Positions 14,308 to 23,630 of a stretch of 64,000 nucleotides of DNA are shown in pieces. Source of the stretch: Opitutia bacterium (GTDB lineage: Bacteria; Verrucomicrobiota; Verrucomicrobiia; Opitutales; Opitutaceae). A program made the translations under genes and the position numbers. Every line of letters starts with the position of its first letter. Within the stretch, counting starts at the first letter, position 1. The notes below the pieces were generated by a model. The model was not told where the DNA came from. It saw nothing but the letters and a program-made list of their open reading frames with translations, and did no database searches. The DNA lies in assembly GCA_947478395.1 (NCBI GenBank), contig CANJVR010000001.1, forward strand, positions 224,001 through 288,000. Reading direction: 5' to 3'.

Positions 14308-15743
14308 ACAAATAGCTCCGGGATCGGTTTGCCCTTGGCCGCGAGCATGATTGGGCGGTTGTTCGGCGTGTGGAGGGGAACGCTGCGGTCGATGCCGAGC
14401 TTTTCGTAGATCGTCGCCGCGTAATCCTCGATCGTGTACGCGGTGGAATTCGTGATGTAGCCGCCGTCGCGGTCGGTGGAGCCGACGACCTGGCCGCCGG
14501 GTACGCCCGCGCCGGCAAAGGCAAAACTGAACGCGTGCGTCCAGTGATCGCGGCCCTGGCGGTCGTTGATCTTCGGCGTGCGGCCGAATTCGGTGACGAA
14601 GCAGACCAGCGTGTCCTCCAACAATCCGCGTTGATCCATATCTTCGATGAGCGCGGCGAACGCCTGGTCGGTCGAACCCATCATCGGCCACGTGCCGATG
14701 CCCCAGCGACCGGCGCCGGGACCGCCGTTGGGAATGTTGGTGTGACCGGTCGAGTAGATCGCGTCGTGGTGATCCCAGTTCATGTTCGTGCCGCCGTCGT
14801 AAGACTTGTCCTTGCCGTCGACCCACGATTGGCGCGGCTCGCGGACGTCGACCGTCACGAAGCGCACGCCGGACTCGATGAGTTTGCGCCCGAGGAGGTA
14901 GCACTGACCGCGGTGACCGTTGCCGTAGGCGGCGCGCATCTGCGGCGACTCGCGTTCGAGGTCGAAGGCCTCGCGCGTCTTCGGATTCGTCAGCATGTTT
15001 TCCGCCTGTTCGAGCAGCGCGTGCATGGCCTCGACATCCTTGACGTGGCCGCCGTGGGCGAAACCGACGTCGAGGTTGCTCAGCAAATCGCGGCGGCGCA
15101 GAAAACGCTCCGGGGAAATATCGGCGAGCAGCCCGAGATTGGGCACGCGCCATTTCGGATCGGCGAGATTGCCGCCGGTCTTGAACACGGCGTAGCCCGG
15201 CGGGAGAAAACCGGAACGCGATGTCGACGCCTGTTCGCTGGTGCCGGGCACGAGGATATTGCTCGGCAGAAATTCGGAGCGCGTGCCCATGATCGAGGCG
15301 ACGACGGAGCTGATGTCGGGCATCTCGACGGCGCCGCCCGGGGCTTCACCGGAGAAAATATATTGCGAGCCCTTCGGGTGGGAATCGCCGATCCCGGGCG
15401 TCGGCTGCGTCATGCAGCGCACGACCGTGAGTTTGTTCGCGACCTTGGCCGTTTTGGCGAGGAGTTCGGTGAACTGCATCCCGGGCACGACCGTGGAAAT
15501 CGGCTTGAATGGACTGCGATGTTCGGCGGGCGCGTCGGGCTTGGGATCGAACGTGTCGATGTGCGATACACCGCCCTGTTCGAAAATCACGAGCACCTGT
15601 TTGGCGCGGCCCTTGCGGGCACCCGCGGGGGGCGTGGCCGCGAAGATCGAAGGGAGAGTGGCGTACCCGGCAAGGTGCGCCATACCGCCGAGACCGAGGC
15701 CAATGAAACTACGACGGCGAAGCAAGGGGACGTGGGAATGCAT
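14304..15743 (-). CDS. DUF1501 domain protein (Tat-like RR leader)
   Basis: RRSFI leader, GGVSHIDTFDPKP, WDHH, EFGRTPKIN..GRDHW. Confidence 0.92.
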   Translation of the reverse strand: MHSHVPLLRRRSFIGLGLGGMAHLAGYATLPSIFAATPPAGARKGRAKQVLVIFEQGGVSHIDTFDPKPDAPAEHRSPFKPISTVVPGMQFTELLAKTAKVANKLTVVRCMTQPTPGIGDSHPKGSQYIFSGEAPGGAVEMPDISSVVASIMGTRSEFLPSNILVPGTSEQASTSRSGFLPPGYAVFKTGGNLADPKWRVPNLGLLADISPERFLRRRDLLSNLDVGFAHGGHVKDVEAMHALLEQAENMLTNPKTREAFDLERESPQMRAAYGNGHRGQCYLLGRKLIESGVRFVTVDVREPRQSWVDGKDKSYDGGTNMNWDHHDAIYSTGHTNIPNGGPGAGRWGIGTWPMMGSTDQAFAALIEDMDQRGLLEDTLVCFVTEFGRTPKINDRQGRDHWTHAFSFAFAGAGVPGGQVVGSTDRDGGYITNSTAYTIEDYAATIYEKLGIDRSVPLHTPNNRPIMLAAKGKPIPELFV

Positions 15744-15965
15744 CGGTGGGGAATTCGCGGATGCAACTTTCGCATCAGCGACGCAAAAATCTCGCCGGTG
15801 TAATTATCAAGGCAAGCGGAATGGGACGCGCGTGTTTCGCACGGGCGGAGCCGGTTGGGAAAAATCGTGAGACTCAATCGGTCGCAGCGATCCAGCGCCC
15901 AGCGCCGGCCCGACTAAAAGATCCCCTCGCTTGCTTACGCCAGCGCCGGCGTAATGTGCTTAACC

Positions 15966-16829
15966 ATGCGGCGTCACCCCACAGCTAGGCGCCCACTTGT
16001 CGTTTCGATTTTTGGCCTCGTTGCGATCCTGCTTTGCACGTTGGAGTCCCGGGCCGAAACCGCATCGGCCCCCGATGCGACGCCCGCCGGCCAAACCGGC
16101 GACACTCCCTCGTCGAAGGAACGCACCATCGCCGACCTCAAGCTCGCGCTCCGGTGGGTCGAGGCCGGCACGTTCACGATGGGCAGCGATAACGAGGAGC
16201 CCTCGCGCAACAAGGCGGAGGGCCCGCGCATGCAGGTCACGTTGACCAAAGGATTCTGGCTCGGCCGGACCGAAGTGACGCAAGCGCAGTACGAAGCCAT
16301 CGTGGGGACGAACCCCAGTACCTTCAAAACCCTCGGGCCCGATGCGCCGGTCGAATGCGTTTCGTGGCTGGATGCGATGGCGTTTTGCGCAAAATTAAAC
16401 GAACGCGAGCGCGCCGCCGGCCGTTTGCCGGCGGGCTACGCCTACACGCTGCCCACGGAAGCAGAGTGGGAGTATGCGCACCGCTCGGGCACAACCGGAA
16501 ATTATCCAGGCGAACCGAATGCCATGGCGTGGACCAAGGAAAATAGCGGTGAGACCACGCACGTCGTCGCTACAAAGCAGCCGAACGCATGGGGCTTTTA
16601 CGACCTGGCCGGAAATGTTCTGGAATGGTGCTACGACTGGTACGGCGACTATCCGGGCGGCGCGGTGACCGATCCCAAAGGACCGGGCCGCGGTTTTTAT
16701 CGGATGGCCCGTGGCGGGAGTTGGCGGATGGACGTCGAGGTGGGCCGGTCCGCCGCCAGAGCCGGAGGATCGGAGGGCCGCGTCGACTACACGATCGGGT
16801 TCCGGCTTGCGCTTTGCGCGGCGAGATAA
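15966..16829 (+). CDS. FGE-sulfatase (SUMF1/EgtB/PvdO) domain protein, secreted
   Basis: FTMGS, TEVTQAQY, LPTEAEWEYA, PNAWGFYDLAGNVLEW, RGGSW..IGFRL. Confidence 0.92.
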   Translation: MRRHPTARRPLVVSIFGLVAILLCTLESRAETASAPDATPAGQTGDTPSSKERTIADLKLALRWVEAGTFTMGSDNEEPSRNKAEGPRMQVTLTKGFWLGRTEVTQAQYEAIVGTNPSTFKTLGPDAPVECVSWLDAMAFCAKLNERERAAGRLPAGYAYTLPTEAEWEYAHRSGTTGNYPGEPNAMAWTKENSGETTHVVATKQPNAWGFYDLAGNVLEWCYDWYGDYPGGAVTDPKGPGRGFYRMARGGSWRMDVEVGRSAARAGGSEGRVDYTIGFRLALCAAR

Positions 16830-17017
16830 GCGGCGCGCGAACTGAGGGCACGCTCGCCCCGCAGACGCCCCAAAATAGCCAGCGGCGGCGACGGCGTCAC
16901 CGGGCGCTTAGGGGCACCCCAAAAACGGACGAAGCCAGGAAAATTTTCCTGATTTTTCTGGCCAACCTGACAGACTCCGGCGCCCCTATCATAGCTCTAA
17001 GAAATTTTGATTTAATT

Positions 17018-20000
17018 ATGAACACTGCCCCCACGCTTCATAGCCGTCTCGCCGCGCTTGCAGTTCTAATCTCAGCCCTCGCACTCCCGGCCCAACCGGC
17101 CGCCGATCCGATGGCCGACAGCTTCAAAAATCCCCCCGATGCCGCCAAGCCGCGCGCGTGGTGGCATTGGACCGCGAGCAACGTCACCAAGGAAGGCATC
17201 ACGAAGGATCTCGAGTGGATGAAACGCGTCGGCATCGCGGGCTTCATGCTCGCCGACGTGAGCTCGTCGGGTCCCAGCCGCCAGCTCGTCGAAACGAAGA
17301 TTCCTTTCGGCACGCCGGAGTGGTTCGACGCGGTCCGCCACGCTGCGGCCGAAGCCGACCGGCTCGGCTTGGAGATGACCATTTTTAGTTCGCCCGGCTG
17401 GAGCGAAACGGGCGGACCCTGGGTCAAGCCCGAGCAGGCGATGAAGAAATTCGTGTGGAGTGAAACCGCCGTAAAGGGCCCGACAAAATTTTCCGGCAAA
17501 CTCGCCGCCCCGCCGAACAACATCGGCCAAATCCGCAACACGGGCGCGAGCTACTACACCAGCGATTCGACCGACCAACCGTACTACGCCGACAGCTCCG
17601 TCGTGGCCTACCGCACGCCCGCCGCCGAAGGCGACGCGACCGCCGCGCAGCCGATCGTCACGACCCACAACGGTCCCATCGACGGCTCGGCGCTCCTCGA
17701 CGACCAGCTCAATACCTTGCTCACGATTCCCGCGCCCAAGGATGGCAGCCCGGCGTGGGTGCAATTCGAGTTTCCGCAGCCATTCCTCTCGCGCGCGATC
17801 ACGCTCGGCGGCCGCGGCGGCAGTGCCAACGGCATTCCCGTCGGCCGCGTGCTCGCGAGCGATGACGGAAAAACGTTTCGCACGCTCGTGACGTTGCCCG
17901 GCACCCAACTCTACCGCCAAGGCATGGTGCGCACGTATGCGTTTCCCGCGACCACCGCGAAATTCTACCGCATCGAAATGACCGGCGCGCCCATCGGGCC
18001 CGCGCCTACCATGAGCCAGGCGCCAACCGCACCTGCCGCGCAATACGTCCTGAGCGAAGCAATCCTGCACCGCGGCGCGCGCGTGCAACGTTGGGAGGAA
18101 AAGGCCGGATTCAGTTTCCTCTTCGAATACGATTCAGTGCCGACCCTCGATGCGCCGGTCGATGCGACCGTGCCCGCGCGCGAGGTCGTCGATCTCACGG
18201 CGAAAATGAAACCCGACGGCTCGCTCGACTGGGATGTGCCATCCGGCAACTGGACGATTCTTCGTCTGGGCTTTTCGCTGACTGGCGCAAAAAACCGCCC
18301 CACCACGCCCGCCGGCTCCGGCTACGAAGCCGACAAACTCAGCCGCGCCCACATGGAGGCATACGTTCGCGGTTACTTCGATCCGCTCGCAAAAGCGCTG
18401 GGACCGCTGTTCGGAAAAAGTCTGCGCTACGTGATGATGGACAGCTGGGAGGCCGGTACGAACAACTGGACCGATGAGATGACCGCGCAGTTTCGTGCAC
18501 GGCGCGGTTACGATCCCACGCCGTACGTGCCCGCGCTGACGGGACGCATCGTCGAGAACGGCGATGTCAGCGACCGTTTCCTGTGGGATTTTCGCCGCAC
18601 GCTGGCCGATCTGTGGGCCGACGCGCACTACGGCGTCATGGCCGAGAAATTGCGCGAACGCGGCGTCGGCATTTATGCGGAGGCAGCCGGCGTCTCGCTC
18701 GAAATGCCCGAGGACACGCTGCTCAACAAAAGCAAAGTCGAAATCCCCATGGGCGAATTTTGGGTGCGCGATCTGCATCCGCGGCTGATGTACGTGCAGG
18801 ACGTGCGCGGCGCGGCGTCGGCCTCCCACGTTTACGGCAAACCGCTGGTCGCCTCGGAAGCGTTCACCGGCGGCGGTTACGAATCGCCCTACACGTTGAA
18901 AAAGGTCGCCGACTACTGGCTCGCGCAGGGCATCAACCGCCTCGTCCTCCACACCTCCGCGCACCAACCGCTCGATACCAAACCCGGCAACACGATGGTC
19001 GGCACGCATCTCAACCGAAACATCACGTGGGCCGAGCAGGCCGCGCCGTTCTTCACGTACCTCGCGCGCGAATGTCACATGCTGCAGCAAGGCAAGTTCG
19101 TCGCCGACCTCGCATACCTGCTGGACGAAGGCGCGCCCTCGACGCCGCCGATCTGGGCGGGCGGCACGCGGCCAACGCCGCCCGAAGGGTTCGACTTCGA
19201 TTTCATCAACGCCGATGTGCTGCTCAACCGCATGAGCGTGGCCGACGACGGCCGTCTCGTGCTGCCCGATGGCATGAGTTATCGCGCGCTCGTTCTCCCG
19301 ACCACGGATCGCATGCGTCCTGAATTGCTGAAAAAAATTGCTGAGCTCGTTCGCGGCGGAGCGCTGCTGATCGGGCCGAAGCCCACGCGCTCACCAAGCC
19401 TCGCCCGCTTTCCCGCCGCCGATGCCGAAGTGCAGACGATCGCCGCCGATATCTGGGGCGATCTCGACGGCGCGAGCCGCACGATCCGCATCGTGGGCAA
19501 AGGTCGCGTCGTCTGGGGCTGGACGCCCGCCGAAGCGCTCGCCGCCGCGAAGATTCAGAAAGATTTCGAGTATGCACGCGGCCTGGACGCCGAACTCGCC
19601 TGGCTGCACCGCCGGACGGACGACGCGGACATCTACTACGTCGCGAACACGACCGACCGCGCGCAAAACTTCGAGGCGCGTTTCCGCGTCGCGGGACGGG
19701 CCGTTGAACTGTGGCACCCCGATTCCGGCGTCACCGAACCCGCCAGCTACAGCATCACGGATGATCGCACCGTTGTACCGTTGCAGTTGGGCGAACGTGA
19801 ATCGGTCTTCGTCGTTTTCCGCGGACCGGCCAACGGAAATTCGCGCCGCCTGCCGGCCTCGACGATCGCGGGCCTCGGCGCCATCGAGGGGGCTTGGGAT
19901 GTTTCGTTTCCCGCGAAGCTCGGCGCGCCGGCGCGGATTCAGTTGCCGGCGCTCAGTTCGCTGACGACGCAGACCGATCCCGGCGTGAAATATTTTTCCG

Positions 20001-20395
20001 GGACCGCGACGTACACGAAGACGTTTACCGCTCCGCCCGAGTGGATGCGGACCAACGCGATCACTTACCTCGATCTCGGCCGCGTGGGTGAAATCGCAGA
20101 GATCACGCTCAACGGCCAGGCGCTCGGCGAGGTGTGGAAGGCGCCGTTCCGTGTCGACGTGACCGGCAAGCTTCGCAGCGGTGAAAATCGGCTGGAGATC
20201 AAAGTCACCAACCAGTGGACCAACCGCATCGCGGGCGACCAGCTGTTGCCTGAGGCGCAAAAGATTCTCGTCGGCGTCACGCCGGCCGCGGGTCGCGCCG
20301 GCGGCCTTAGCGGCATCGGAAACGCCGCGCCCACGCTGCCTGAATCCGGATTGCTCGGACCGGTCACGCTCCTCGTCAAAACTTCCATCCCGTGA
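17018..20395 (+). CDS. Glycoside hydrolase family 106 (alpha-L-rhamnosidase-like)
   Basis: Signal peptide; AKPRAWWHW..ITKDLEWMKRVGIAG, GWSETGGPWV, DSWEAG, IPMGEFW, SGLLGPV. Confidence 0.9.
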   Translation: MNTAPTLHSRLAALAVLISALALPAQPAADPMADSFKNPPDAAKPRAWWHWTASNVTKEGITKDLEWMKRVGIAGFMLADVSSSGPSRQLVETKIPFGTPEWFDAVRHAAAEADRLGLEMTIFSSPGWSETGGPWVKPEQAMKKFVWSETAVKGPTKFSGKLAAPPNNIGQIRNTGASYYTSDSTDQPYYADSSVVAYRTPAAEGDATAAQPIVTTHNGPIDGSALLDDQLNTLLTIPAPKDGSPAWVQFEFPQPFLSRAITLGGRGGSANGIPVGRVLASDDGKTFRTLVTLPGTQLYRQGMVRTYAFPATTAKFYRIEMTGAPIGPAPTMSQAPTAPAAQYVLSEAILHRGARVQRWEEKAGFSFLFEYDSVPTLDAPVDATVPAREVVDLTAKMKPDGSLDWDVPSGNWTILRLGFSLTGAKNRPTTPAGSGYEADKLSRAHMEAYVRGYFDPLAKALGPLFGKSLRYVMMDSWEAGTNNWTDEMTAQFRARRGYDPTPYVPALTGRIVENGDVSDRFLWDFRRTLADLWADAHYGVMAEKLRERGVGIYAEAAGVSLEMPEDTLLNKSKVEIPMGEFWVRDLHPRLMYVQDVRGAASASHVYGKPLVASEAFTGGGYESPYTLKKVADYWLAQGINRLVLHTSAHQPLDTKPGNTMVGTHLNRNITWAEQAAPFFTYLARECHMLQQGKFVADLAYLLDEGAPSTPPIWAGGTRPTPPEGFDFDFINADVLLNRMSVADDGRLVLPDGMSYRALVLPTTDRMRPELLKKIAELVRGGALLIGPKPTRSPSLARFPAADAEVQTIAADIWGDLDGASRTIRIVGKGRVVWGWTPAEALAAAKIQKDFEYARGLDAELAWLHRRTDDADIYYVANTTDRAQNFEARFRVAGRAVELWHPDSGVTEPASYSITDDRTVVPLQLGERESVFVVFRGPANGNSRRLPASTIAGLGAIEGAWDVSFPAKLGAPARIQLPALSSLTTQTDPGVKYFSGTATYTKTFTAPPEWMRTNAITYLDLGRVGEIAEITLNGQALGEVWKAPFRVDVTGKLRSGENRLEIKVTNQWTNRIAGDQLLPEAQKILVGVTPAAGRAGGLSGIGNAAPTLPESGLLGPVTLLVKTSIP

Positions 20396-21717
20396 AGCTT
20401 CGTCGGCGGTCCTTCATCGTCCCGTCGCTCGCGCTCGCCCGTTTGGCGTGCGCGCAGATCGTCGACTCGGAGCCGGCGACCGTCGCGAACATTCCCGTTA
20501 ACTACACGGAGGCGAAAACCGGCACCTACACGTTACCCGATCCGCTCAAATTCGCCGACGGCTCACCCGTGGCCGATGCGAAGACGTGGATGGAAAAGCG
20601 CCGGCCCGAACTGCTGAAGCTCATCGAGGAAAACCAATTCGGCCGCGTACCGCCGAAGCCAGATTCCATGGCCTACGATGCCTTCGACCAGGGCACACCT
20701 GCCTTCGGCGGCAAGGCGCTCCGCAAGCAGGTCAGACTTTTCTTCCCCTCAAGTCGGACCAATCACTGGGTGGATGTTCTCCTCTATTTGCCGGCTAATG
20801 CGACCGGTCCGGTCCCCGTCCTGCTCAACTTCGGCTGGACCGCCAACAATCTCGCGGTCCCCGATGATCCCGGAGTCAGAGTCGGTGGATTGATCCCAGC
20901 GAACCCGCGACCCGAACCGTACTTTCGGGTCCCGGCGACACCGACGCCCGGTCCGTCACGCGGGCCCGGTCGCAATCTCGATCCGATGCAGGTGGTCGAG
21001 CGCGGTTACGGTTGGGCTATTTTCAACTACAACGACATCGACCCCGATGTGCCCAACGCGATCGCGGCGGGCGTTCGCGCCGCCTTTCTGAAGCTAGGTC
21101 AGGCTGAACCCGCGCCCGACGAGTGGGGCTCCATCGCCGCGTGGAGCTGGGGCGCGAGCCGCATCATCGACTGGCTCGAAGCCGAGCCCAAAATCGACGC
21201 CAAACGCATCGCCATCACCGGAGCTTCCCGCCTCGGCAAAACGGCCTTGTGGACCGCGGCGCGCGACGAACGCGTGGCCTGCGTGATCGCGAGCGTTTCC
21301 GGCGAAGGCGGGGCCGCTCTCAGTCGGCGCGATTATGGCGAGACCGTCGCGCATCTGGTCGCACCGACGCGTTACCCTTATCAGTTCGCGCAGAATTATC
21401 AGAAATGGGCCGGACGAGCGAACGAGATGCCGTGGGACGCGCACACGATCATCGCGCTCGTGGCCCCGCGGCCGATCCTGCTCCAAACCGGGAGCACCGA
21501 CAAATGGTCCGATCCGTACGGCGAGTTTCTCGCGGCGAAAGCGGCCACGCCGGTGTTCGCACTGCTCGGTAAAAAAGGCATCGAGGAATATTCGCTCCCC
21601 GCGACGGGCAAACCGCTCATGCATACGCTGGGCTACCTGATGCACGACGGCCCGCACGGCGTCATGCCGGCCGACTGGCCGATGTTTCTGGATTTCCTGG
21701 ACGCGCATTTGAAGTAG
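20392..21717 (+). CDS. CE15 glucuronoyl esterase-like protein
   Basis: YTLPDPL, WGSIAAWSWGASR, catalytic GASRLGK, ALVAPRP, D.WSDPYGEF. Confidence 0.88.
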   Translation: MKLRRRSFIVPSLALARLACAQIVDSEPATVANIPVNYTEAKTGTYTLPDPLKFADGSPVADAKTWMEKRRPELLKLIEENQFGRVPPKPDSMAYDAFDQGTPAFGGKALRKQVRLFFPSSRTNHWVDVLLYLPANATGPVPVLLNFGWTANNLAVPDDPGVRVGGLIPANPRPEPYFRVPATPTPGPSRGPGRNLDPMQVVERGYGWAIFNYNDIDPDVPNAIAAGVRAAFLKLGQAEPAPDEWGSIAAWSWGASRIIDWLEAEPKIDAKRIAITGASRLGKTALWTAARDERVACVIASVSGEGGAALSRRDYGETVAHLVAPTRYPYQFAQNYQKWAGRANEMPWDAHTIIALVAPRPILLQTGSTDKWSDPYGEFLAAKAATPVFALLGKKGIEEYSLPATGKPLMHTLGYLMHDGPHGVMPADWPMFLDFLDAHLK

Positions 21718-21822
21718 GTGGGGCTTCGCCCCGTTGATGCGCGAGGCGGGTCCGAGACGCCGCCCGACGCGGGCGACGGAAAATCTTGAGCGAACTTATG
21801 CGCACCGCATCGTCGTGGGGCC

Positions 21823-23475
21823 ATGCGTTACCCCACCCCGGCTAGTCCTTTCACGTCGCTTCGTTCCCTTCGTCGCCTTGCGCTCGCCGTGGCGATCGCC
21901 GGATCGATTTTTTCCCCACTGACGCGCGCCGCATCCGCCGGCGCCGTCGGGATTTTCGCGACGCACGCCGATATCGGCCTCACACCCACGGCCGGCAGCG
22001 CGGTGTTCGATGCCGCCAAGAAATCCTACACCGTCACGGGTGGCGGCAATAACATCTGGGCCAAGGTCGATGCGTTCCACTTCGCGTGGAAACAACTTTC
22101 GGGCGACGTGAGTTTCTCCGCCGACATCGAATTTCTGCCCAACACCGCGGGCGTGTCCGATCCGCATCGGAAGGCCTGCCTGATGATTCGCCAGAGCCTC
22201 GACGCCGATGCCGCGTACATCGACGCGGCGCTGCACGGCAACGGACTCACGGCGCTGCAGTTCCGCGACGCCAAGGGCGGGCCGACGCGCGAGGTCATGA
22301 GCAACATCATCGGACCCGTCCGCCTGCGCATCGAAAAACGCGGCGATGTCTTCACCCTCTTTCTGGGCCAGGCCGGCGAGGATCCGAAATACTCCGGCGC
22401 CTCGTACAATCTGAAATTCACGGAGCCGTTCTACATCGGCCTCGCGGTCGGAGCCCACAACGGCAACGACACGTCGACCATGGTCGAGGCCGTCACGTTT
22501 TCGAACGTCGAGTTGAAGACGAACCTGCCGGCCGGCACGCCCAAACTTTACAGCACGCTGGAGACGCAGGTCTCGAATCCCGTCAACGCGAACGGCACGC
22601 AGAACACCGATCGCTGCGTCCTCTACGTGACCGAGGGCAGCATCGAAGGCCCGGTCTGGCTGCCCGACAACAGCGGGGTCGTCTTCAGTCGCGGTGGAAA
22701 ATTAATGCGCCTGCCGATGAAAGTCCCGGCCCGCGCCGCGCGTGGTGCCGCCGGCACGCCGCCACCGCCCGCGCCGGTCCTAGGCGCTTCTCCGCTCGCG
22801 GACGGCGCGCCCGTCGCGATCGACACCGGCAAGGTCACCGGCATCAGCCGCACGCACGGCCTGTCGCCCGATGGCACCCAGATTATTTTCGTCGATCATC
22901 CGCCGGGAAATCCTCGTCCGCCGGCCAACACGTTCATCGTTCCGATCGCGGGCGGCACGCCGCGCCTGCTCACGCCCACTACCGGCGCAGGATCGTCGCT
23001 CGCGCCGGATGGAAAATTATTCGCCTTCGACACCGACACCGTGGCGGACATCTACACGATTCCCACCGACGGCAGCGGGCCCGCGACGCGGCTGACGAAC
23101 GGCCAAGGCCAAAAAAATTACGGCCCGCAATTTTCGCACGACGGCAGTTTCATCCTGTTCTGCTCCGATCGTAGTGGCTCGATGCAAATCTGGCGGATGA
23201 AGCCCGACGGTTCCGAGCCGACGCAGGTCACGCATGACGACAACGCCAACTGGTTTCCCCGGATATCCTCGAACGACGCCTCCGCGCTCGTCGTGTCGTA
23301 TCCGAAATCCGTGGTCGGCGATCCGGCGAACAGCCTCGTTCAACTCCGTCGGGTCAACCTCGCCAACGGCACGATCGATCTGATGGCCCGCGTCACCGGC
23401 GGTCCCGCCTCAGCGCCCACGTGGTCGCCCACGAATACGCAGATCACCTTCGTGAGTTATCAAATGGTGTATTGA
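21823..23475 (+). CDS. Secreted TolB-like/PD40-repeat protein with N-terminal beta-sandwich
   Basis: GGNNIWAKVDAFHFAW, HRKACLMIRQSLD, SDRSGSMQIWRMKPDGS, NWFPRIS. Confidence 0.8.
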   Translation: MRYPTPASPFTSLRSLRRLALAVAIAGSIFSPLTRAASAGAVGIFATHADIGLTPTAGSAVFDAAKKSYTVTGGGNNIWAKVDAFHFAWKQLSGDVSFSADIEFLPNTAGVSDPHRKACLMIRQSLDADAAYIDAALHGNGLTALQFRDAKGGPTREVMSNIIGPVRLRIEKRGDVFTLFLGQAGEDPKYSGASYNLKFTEPFYIGLAVGAHNGNDTSTMVEAVTFSNVELKTNLPAGTPKLYSTLETQVSNPVNANGTQNTDRCVLYVTEGSIEGPVWLPDNSGVVFSRGGKLMRLPMKVPARAARGAAGTPPPPAPVLGASPLADGAPVAIDTGKVTGISRTHGLSPDGTQIIFVDHPPGNPRPPANTFIVPIAGGTPRLLTPTTGAGSSLAPDGKLFAFDTDTVADIYTIPTDGSGPATRLTNGQGQKNYGPQFSHDGSFILFCSDRSGSMQIWRMKPDGSEPTQVTHDDNANWFPRISSNDASALVVSYPKSVVGDPANSLVQLRRVNLANGTIDLMARVTGGPASAPTWSPTNTQITFVSYQMVY

Positions 23476-23494
23476 ATTCAGAAGCGCGAACCGC

Positions 23495-23585
23495 GGTAGG
23501 GCGGGTTATCCTTAACCCGCCGCTGCGACTCAGCTCACAGAAAAAGCGATGCCCAACCGGCGCGTTAGGGATAACGCGCCCTACC
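23495..23585. repeat. GTAG REP doublet (second family)
   Basis: ggtagggcgggttatccttaacccgccg ... cggcgcgttagggataacgcgccctacc. Confidence 0.75.
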
Positions 23586-23630
23586 TTTCGAGCGCCCCGA
23601 TCTACGCCCCAAATTTAACCCCCACTCCCC

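Noticed and set aside
14308..15153. N-terminal extension of ORF 10936..15153 (likewise 16589..17017 and 42698..43195)
   Set aside because: Arg-rich off-frame read of the upstream gene; better starts exist at 14307, 17018 and 43196.
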